This document shows positions 58,122-64,000 of a stretch of DNA of 64,000 nucleotides, in pieces. The position numbers and the translations under genes are program-made. The stretch spans positions 11,006 through 75,005 of the forward strand of contig MFUG01000013.1 of NCBI GenBank assembly GCA_001785615.1. The letters run 5' to 3'. The notes below the pieces were generated by a model, which saw only the letters and a program-made list of their open reading frames with translations, did not search any database and was not told the origin of the DNA. Origin of the DNA: Candidatus Nomurabacteria bacterium RIFCSPHIGHO2_02_FULL_42_19. GTDB taxonomy: Bacteria > Patescibacteriota > Minisyncoccia > Phycocordibacterales > UBA9973. Each line of letters starts with the position of its first letter. Position 1 is the stretch's first letter.

Positions 58122-58939
58122 TAAAAATCGGGGACTATAATACAATAATGTCGGACAGAAATATATTCAACCAAATTGTATATACTCCCCTTTCTGAGGC
58201 GCTTCGACTTTTGGATGAACGCAAAAAGAATAAGGAATTGACAGCAAAAGTGGAAAAATTACTAAAAGGGGATATTCCGGAATTTTTAAAAAAGAAGAAC
58301 TGTGCAATTCTTTTTAGACAAGTTGCTACCCCAAACTATGAAACTAGACGATTTATATCTTTAGCAAAAGAAAATGACTTGCATCCGGTAATTTTTGAGT
58401 ATCATGATGATAAATTCACTTCTAATAATGAATTCAAGCACTCACTGGGGCAGTTACATATACAAAAAAAGAATAGAAAAAATAGTAATTTTAGTGTTGA
58501 AAAGATTACAATTATTGATTTTAACTTACATAACGGCAAAAAATTTAAAGATATTAAAACTTTATGGCTAGAACCGCTTGTTGATTTTCATAAAAAATTA
58601 TTTTCTGTTCACGACTATGGTGTTAATGATTTTTATTTATACAACGCCTCAGATTGGTTTAAAAAAAATGGAGGAAAGGCAATTGATTACTATGTCAATC
58701 TACTTTTATTATTTACTTGTTTTGGAATTTTATTTGAAAATTTTTTGACGTCAAAAAACTCCGAAGGCGAATTTACAAAGGGCATAGTATTGCCAGCGAT
58801 AGAAAAAGTGATTAACTTAGTCGGTGTTAAGCCGCTAATAATACCGATTGAACCCCTAGATTTAGAAACAGATATCTTTTGGGTTCATCATTTATTAAAA
58901 GTCAAGGAATTAATTCCAAATTATAAAAATGATAGATGA
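58118..58939 (+). CDS. Hypothetical protein co-transcribed with the histidine kinase
   Basis: 273-aa ORF overlapping its upstream and downstream neighbours by 4 and 11 nt. No motif. Confidence 0.4.
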   Translation: MIKIGDYNTIMSDRNIFNQIVYTPLSEALRLLDERKKNKELTAKVEKLLKGDIPEFLKKKNCAILFRQVATPNYETRRFISLAKENDLHPVIFEYHDDKFTSNNEFKHSLGQLHIQKKNRKNSNFSVEKITIIDFNLHNGKKFKDIKTLWLEPLVDFHKKLFSVHDYGVNDFYLYNASDWFKKNGGKAIDYYVNLLLLFTCFGILFENFLTSKNSEGEFTKGIVLPAIEKVINLVGVKPLIIPIEPLDLETDIFWVHHLLKVKELIPNYKNDR

Positions 58940-60554
58940 AATTTTAAACATTATAAATACTTGTTTTTTAACGACTAGCGCGTCAAGGCCAATAGCTTTT
59001 TACTCCCACTTAATTCCGGTAGTTTTATCAACTTTATTGGCTTTTTTAGTATTTATTAAATCTAAACGCACTCTTTTTTCTACTATTTTTTTGACTTTTA
59101 TTTTTGTCTTTTCTCTTTGGCTCATTGGCGATCTTGTAATATGGACATCGGATAATTATTATCTAATTTATGCCTTTTGGGCTCCTCTCGATTATATAGA
59201 AATAGTATTTTACGTCCTTGGTCTATATTTCGCTATAGTTTTCGTCAAAAAGTCCGACATATCAACATGGTGGAAAATTGTACTTTTTGCTTTAACCCTA
59301 CCAGCATTTTGGCTCACAATCAGTAGACAGTCAGTAATTGGTTTCAATCAGCCAGTCTGCGAAGCATTTAACAATGATTTTCTGGGTCAATATAAACTTG
59401 CCCTAGAGGGCATAATTTTAATATTTATCCTCATTTATGCAATTACTCCATTTTTCAAAAAGCTTCCCTGGAAGAAAAAGTGGCCGGACTTAGTGGTGCT
59501 TGGTTCTATGTTTTTATTCCTATCATCCTTCGGCATTACCGAATATCTGGCTTCCATCACTGGATATTATGAAATGAACTTATACAGCTTATTTCTCTTG
59601 CCGATATTCCTGGTAGCTATTATCTACTCCGTATTTGAACTTGATATTTTTAACGTTCACATTTTGGGCACGCATTACTTGGTCGTCGGGCTTATGGTTC
59701 TAATGGGCGGACAACTCTTCTTTATCACTGACACAACTAACCGATTTCTAACCATTTTAACAATCATCTTGATTACCATATTGAGCGTTATCCTTTTTAG
59801 GAACCTGAAACGCGAGTCCGACCAGAGAGTACAAATCGCGAAACTTAATATTGACCTCCAGAACCTTATCAAGCAGAGGGAGTCCCTCGTGCACCTCGTT
59901 ACCCATAAAGTGAAGGGTTCATTTACCCGTTCTAAATATATTTTTGCCGGGATGTTGGACGGAACTTTTGGCGAAGTGTCCCCAGCCCTTAAAAAAATAG
60001 CCAAACAGGGGCTGGAGTCCGACAATGCGGGCATCCAAACGGTTGATTTGGTCTTGAACGTTTCCAATATGCAGACCGGGACGGTTAAATACGAAATGAA
60101 ATCAATTGACTTAAAAGAACTAGCGCTAAAGGTAATCGCCGACAAGAAAGTCCACGCAGAGGAAAAAAATCTTAAAATAGAAAAAGATGTTAAAGACGAT
60201 AATTACTCCATCGCCGGGGACGTCTTCTGGCTTAAAGAAGTAATGAGCAATTTGATTGACAACTCTATCAAATACACCAAGGAAGGAAAAATAACGGTAG
60301 GTCTGGAAAAGAAGCCCGGCAAGATAATATTCTCGGTCAAAGACACCGGCCTAGGCATAACCGACGAAGATAAAAAGAATCTCTTTACCGAAGGCGGGCG
60401 AGGCAAGGACTCGGTTAAAATAAACGTGGACAGCACGGGCTACGGGCTCTTCTCGGTAAAACTAATCGTGGATGCTCACAAAGGCCGGGTCTGGGGAGAG
60501 TCCGAAGGACCCGGCAAGGGCTCGCAGTTCTTCGTGGAATTGCCGGCAGTATAA
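58929..60554 (+). CDS. Membrane sensor histidine kinase (orphan; no response regulator adjacent)
   Basis: ~8 N-terminal TM helices, an H-box-like VTHKVKGS, and HATPase_c G-boxes (DTGLGI, GTGYGL, GPGKGSQFFVELP). Confidence 0.7.
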   Translation: MIDEILNIINTCFLTTSASRPIAFYSHLIPVVLSTLLAFLVFIKSKRTLFSTIFLTFIFVFSLWLIGDLVIWTSDNYYLIYAFWAPLDYIEIVFYVLGLYFAIVFVKKSDISTWWKIVLFALTLPAFWLTISRQSVIGFNQPVCEAFNNDFLGQYKLALEGIILIFILIYAITPFFKKLPWKKKWPDLVVLGSMFLFLSSFGITEYLASITGYYEMNLYSLFLLPIFLVAIIYSVFELDIFNVHILGTHYLVVGLMVLMGGQLFFITDTTNRFLTILTIILITILSVILFRNLKRESDQRVQIAKLNIDLQNLIKQRESLVHLVTHKVKGSFTRSKYIFAGMLDGTFGEVSPALKKIAKQGLESDNAGIQTVDLVLNVSNMQTGTVKYEMKSIDLKELALKVIADKKVHAEEKNLKIEKDVKDDNYSIAGDVFWLKEVMSNLIDNSIKYTKEGKITVGLEKKPGKIIFSVKDTGLGITDEDKKNLFTEGGRGKDSVKINVDSTGYGLFSVKLIVDAHKGRVWGESEGPGKGSQFFVELPAV

Positions 60555-60556
60555 TT

Positions 60557-60590
60557 TAGCATTAGTGCGCGACCGCTTACTAATGCTAAA
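60557..60590. repeat. Family-2 palindromic repeat, orphan copy (tagcattagtgcgcgaccgcttactaatgctaaa)
   Basis: 10-bp perfect stem tagcattagt/actaatgcta around gcgcgaccgc. Same outer arms and cgaccg core as 17747-17780 and 18355-18388. Lies between the convergent kinase and methyltransferase genes. Confidence 0.8.
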
Positions 60591-60660
60591 AAGACGCGTT
60601 TGACGTCTAAATATCTGATTACTTCTCAACCTGACCCGCTTATTTTCGTTTATTTTAATT

Positions 60661-61605
60661 TTAAACCACCTTAAAAACCAAGAAATATGAGGGGAGACGA
60701 GAAAATCCGAAGTGACTATAAACATATCGGCTCCCGACCACTAATCGTTCCAATTTGGCAGTACGAGAAACCTTGTGGGCAAGATTATCAAATGCTTGAG
60801 AGATTAAACGTGCATCTTCGAAAGCAAATCTTCCACGAGTGACCGTATTGCTCGCCTGCTGATCTGATTGTCCCACCAAAAATCGGGCTGGTAATCTTCC
60901 TTCCAGGATAATTTTTGCTCCCCTATTCGCGTGCTCTATCGCCGAAGCGAAGGTTGCCAACTGATTATTGTCATAATCAATAAAATAACTTAGGAAAATA
61001 ATATCGAACCTTAGAGTGGCGGGCAGGATACCGATAGTTCCCTCATAAACATTGATTCCTAGTCGCTTCTGGCGCTCAATACTTGCTCGAGATACATCAA
61101 CGCTGTGCAAATGCGTTCCTGTGACGCCTAAAGATAAAAGATGTTCTTCCAGTTCACCGCTTCCGCTACCTACATCGCATATTTCTTTTTTTTTCAATTC
61201 ATTGCGGGTATAACCACTGATGAGTGTTAAGCCATTCCATACAAGAAGCGCATTGAGAAAGCCGTAGTGGCATTTCCCTTTAAATTTTGAAAATTCCGAT
61301 AATATTCCGCCACCTCTTTGTTCATTTATAAGTTGCCCCAGATCAAGAATATCGACATATTCAATATCATACACCCGCGCAATATATTCATTGCCCTGCA
61401 AGTTTTGTTTTGCCAGATTGCGGATGTATTTATTTATGAGTTGCCGAAGTGGGTATTTTGCGTGGCAAGATTTCTTAAATTCATCTAAGGCGAAGCGCAT
61501 CGCACTTGAAAAATCAAGGTCTTGTTTTAGCAAGATATACTCCGCACCAAGCTTCCTGGCCAATTTCTTCATTGGCCAGAGGAAGAGATCGGATATGTTA
61601 ATCAT
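60661..61605 (-). CDS. Class I SAM-dependent methyltransferase
   Basis: Motif I ICDVGSGSGELE and post-I acidic residue (HSVDVS). Confidence 0.65.
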   Translation of the reverse strand: MINISDLFLWPMKKLARKLGAEYILLKQDLDFSSAMRFALDEFKKSCHAKYPLRQLINKYIRNLAKQNLQGNEYIARVYDIEYVDILDLGQLINEQRGGGILSEFSKFKGKCHYGFLNALLVWNGLTLISGYTRNELKKKEICDVGSGSGELEEHLLSLGVTGTHLHSVDVSRASIERQKRLGINVYEGTIGILPATLRFDIIFLSYFIDYDNNQLATFASAIEHANRGAKIILEGRLPARFLVGQSDQQASNTVTRGRFAFEDARLISQAFDNLAHKVSRTAKLERLVVGSRYVYSHFGFSRLPSYFLVFKVV

Positions 61606-61737
61606 ATATCTGAATTATAATCTAAAAAATAAAGAGAGGGAGGGGGATGGATATCCTTCTTTATAGAACTGCCGGCGGTCTAGGAACAATCTAAAAAATA
61701 ACTTGAAATAACTCTTACGAGATGCTATATTAAAAGG

Positions 61738-61968
61738 GTGAATATCGTAACTTTGCCTAAAAATCAATACATGCGGATTCTAAACACCCAAGAAAAACTT
61801 CGAGACGATTTAGCTCGTCTGCAAAAAATAGTTTCTTATATTGCCCAAGACGAAGTAAGTCCTAAGTACATGAAAAAGCTGTCTAAAATAGAAAGGGGGC
61901 TTTCCTTGGGTAGAGGTATTAAATTCAAAACCAAAAGTGAAATTAGAAAACTCTTCCGTTCGCTTTAG
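61738..61968 (+). CDS. Small hypothetical protein
   Basis: 76-aa basic ORF with a plausible intergenic location. No motif. Confidence 0.3.
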   Translation: MNIVTLPKNQYMRILNTQEKLRDDLARLQKIVSYIAQDEVSPKYMKKLSKIERGLSLGRGIKFKTKSEIRKLFRSL

Positions 61969-62011
61969 TCATGGAAAATAAAAAGAAGATGACTTTTTAG
62001 AAAGGCAATTT

Positions 62012-62896
62012 TTATTGCTTGATTCTGCTCCCGGCTAGACGAACTGTTATTTCGTGGACAGCGATAAGGTCGTTCGCTATTATTAAGTGCGAATCATCTA
62101 CAAAAACATACATTAGAATTATCTCGCCACTCACTCCATACAGAATTCGCGCGTTTTTATTTTCTACTACGCCGTCCTCAAAACTTTTAGTTAGAAGGTA
62201 ATTGGTATCTGCATTTATATCCAGACCGAAGAGCCCATGCAAATCGTAGAACATTTTGTCTTCCCAGGCCCGCATACTTGGAAAGATATCAGGCAGGGTG
62301 CGTATCTCAATTAAAACAAATGGGCTCTTGGCCTCCCAGACATACACGCCCAGTAGAAAATTATCGTCTACCAACTCCGGACTGTCTAAGACAAGGGTGC
62401 TTTTCAAAAGGGTAATAAACTCGCGCAAGCCGATAATTCTTTTATTGGCATTTAAGTAAATCCCCTCTATGCCCTCATACTTTACATCACTATTGCTGGC
62501 TTCGTCCCAAATCATTTTAGCTATTTGGTCTTTGGTTAGATTGGCTACTTCAATAAAACTTGTCTTGTCATTAAAAATTATTGAGGTTGACTCACTTTGT
62601 ACAGAAAATTCATTTGTCTCCTCCCGGTCGGGAAAGAAAAAAAATATAAGCAGATAGGAAGAAATTAAGAGCAAAAACCCAGCAAGCATGAAGAACTTAT
62701 TCCTCCTTGACTCCGGAAATAGATTTCTCTTCTCGGCTTCACGCGCCTCCTCATCATGAATTATTTTTTTTAACGCTTCCCCTTGGCTACCGCCAATGGC
62801 CTTTGCCACATCCTCCGCATAGGTTTCTGTGATTTTGTCCGGCACTTTGCCGGGAGTCGGGGCGGGTATTTTATTTTGCTCCTGTTCCTCGTCCAT
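62012..62896 (-). CDS. Single-pass membrane protein of unknown function
   Basis: One TM helix (FMLAGFLLLISSYLLIFFFF) after a charged N-terminal region. Start moved to the internal Met (MDEEQ) to remove the overlap with pnp. Confidence 0.45.
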   Translation of the reverse strand: MDEEQEQNKIPAPTPGKVPDKITETYAEDVAKAIGGSQGEALKKIIHDEEAREAEKRNLFPESRRNKFFMLAGFLLLISSYLLIFFFFPDREETNEFSVQSESTSIIFNDKTSFIEVANLTKDQIAKMIWDEASNSDVKYEGIEGIYLNANKRIIGLREFITLLKSTLVLDSPELVDDNFLLGVYVWEAKSPFVLIEIRTLPDIFPSMRAWEDKMFYDLHGLFGLDINADTNYLLTKSFEDGVVENKNARILYGVSGEIILMYVFVDDSHLIIANDLIAVHEITVRLAGSRIKQ

Positions 62897-64000
62897 GATT
62901 ATTTGTGAAAAAATCCTTGTTCGCTTCCCGGATAGATAAGCTAATCTTGCCCCTCTCTTTATCAATTTTGATAACCTTCACCGGGACCTCCATGCCTTCT
63001 TTTATTATATCGCTAACTCGCTCTACACGGAATGGCGCGAGCTCCGAGATATGCACCATGCCGTCAACGAAAGGATTGAGTTGGACAAAGGCCCCAAAAT
63101 CGGCAACTTTCACCACTTTGCCGTTGAGTGTTTCGCCCATGGTAAATTCGTGCGTCATTTCTTCCACTAATGCTTTGGCGACCTCCACGGTTCCACTTTT
63201 CCCTGTTAAATACACCGTGCCGTCGTCCTCAATGGTAATCTCCGCACCGGATTTTTCTTTGATTTCTTTGATGGTCTTGCCCCCACTCCCGATAACCATC
63301 CCGATTTGATCCGGATTGATTTTAATCATGATTATTTTCGGCGCGTTGGGAGAAATTTCCTTGCGCGGGGCCGAAATTTCTTTTTCAATTTTATCGATGA
63401 TGCCAGTGCGAGCCCCTTTGGCTTGGCGCATCGCTTCGCCCAGTATTTTTATCGGTACGCCTGCTACCTTTACATCAAGCTGGATAGCGGTGATGCCTTC
63501 CCTGGTCCCGGCCACCTTGAAATCCATGTCCCCGTAATGGTCTTCGGGGCCCTGAATGTCGGTCAGGATTTTGTATTGTGGTTCTTTTTTAATTTGTAAT
63601 TTTTTATTCGTAATTTGTTCTATCATCAGCCCTATGGCAATCCCCGCCACCGGCGCTTTGATCGGCACTCCACCGTCCATCAAGGCGAGAGTGGCAGCGC
63701 AGATGGAGGCCTGGGAAGTGGAGCCGTTCGAAGCCATTGATTCAGAAACTACGCGTATGGTGTAAGGAAATTCTAGGGCAGGCGGCAAGACCATGGCAAG
63801 CGCTTTCTCGGCGAGCGCGCCGTGGCCGACTTCGCGGCTGTTGGTGAAACCGGCCCGACCCGTCTCCCCTGAAGAGTATGGGGGAAAGTTGTAATGATGC
63901 ATAAATCTTTTTTCACTTTTTGTCTGCATGCCATCAATCATGTGTCTGTCTTCGGGCCCGCCTAAGGTAAGCACGGAGAGCACATGGGTTCCTCCACGAT
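62871..64000 (-). CDS. pnp: Polynucleotide phosphorylase, C-terminal part (second RNase PH domain + KH + S1). The N-terminus runs off the window
   Basis: GLMIEQITNKK...KH motif IGSGGKTIKEI, S1 (GKVVKVADFGAFVQL), and the RNase PH-like region with NGSTSQAS. Confidence 0.85.
   Translation of the reverse strand, partial: RGGTHVLSVLTLGGPEDRHMIDGMQTKSEKRFMHHYNFPPYSSGETGRAGFTNSREVGHGALAEKALAMVLPPALEFPYTIRVVSESMASNGSTSQASICAATLALMDGGVPIKAPVAGIAIGLMIEQITNKKLQIKKEPQYKILTDIQGPEDHYGDMDFKVAGTREGITAIQLDVKVAGVPIKILGEAMRQAKGARTGIIDKIEKEISAPRKEISPNAPKIIMIKINPDQIGMVIGSGGKTIKEIKEKSGAEITIEDDGTVYLTGKSGTVEVAKALVEEMTHEFTMGETLNGKVVKVADFGAFVQLNPFVDGMVHISELAPFRVERVSDIIKEGMEVPVKVIKIDKERGKISLSIREANKDFFTNNHGRGTGAK

Overview
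The window is a low-GC (~40%) bacterial chromosomal segment with compact, often overlapping genes. Gene content suggests a Candidate Phyla Radiation / Patescibacteria-like organism, but that is an inference. Most of the window is housekeeping. It includes four aminoacyl-tRNA synthetases (metG, glyQS, ileS, argS), dut, tmk, glyA, pgk-tpiA, nusA, tig, clpP with a Clp-type AAA+ protein, rny, hup, lexA, comM, the end of pnp, and a recJ-rnhA-comEC DNA-uptake group. A type IV pilus cluster is present (three prepilin-like genes, pilC, pilB), along with an H+-pyrophosphatase, a superoxide dismutase and several NUDIX hydrolases.

The accessory content lies between these genes. (1) Four paralogous small genes encode a winged-HTH N-terminus plus a Cas2/VapD-like C-terminal motif (PaaX-like). 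Three of them are tightly bracketed on both sides by near-identical 34-40 bp palindromic direct repeats. One repeat family has a third, orphan copy at 60557-60590. (2) A REP/RAYT mobile unit: an IS200-like Y1 HUH transposase flanked by inverted REP copies, with a 43-bp tandem duplication. (3) A ~0.7 kb two-gene insert at the 3' end of comM, flanked by a synonymously diverged duplicate of the last ~15 codons of comM. (4) An IleRS carrying an internal histidine-phosphatase (PGAM-like) domain. (5) A ~600 bp GC-rich island between ileS and argS. (6) A textbook SOS promoter in front of a small-ORF-lexA operon, with a GAAC-N4-GTTC LexA box inside the -35/-10 spacer.

No rRNA, tRNA or CRISPR array was recognised. 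All product calls rest on motifs read directly from the translations; no database search was possible.
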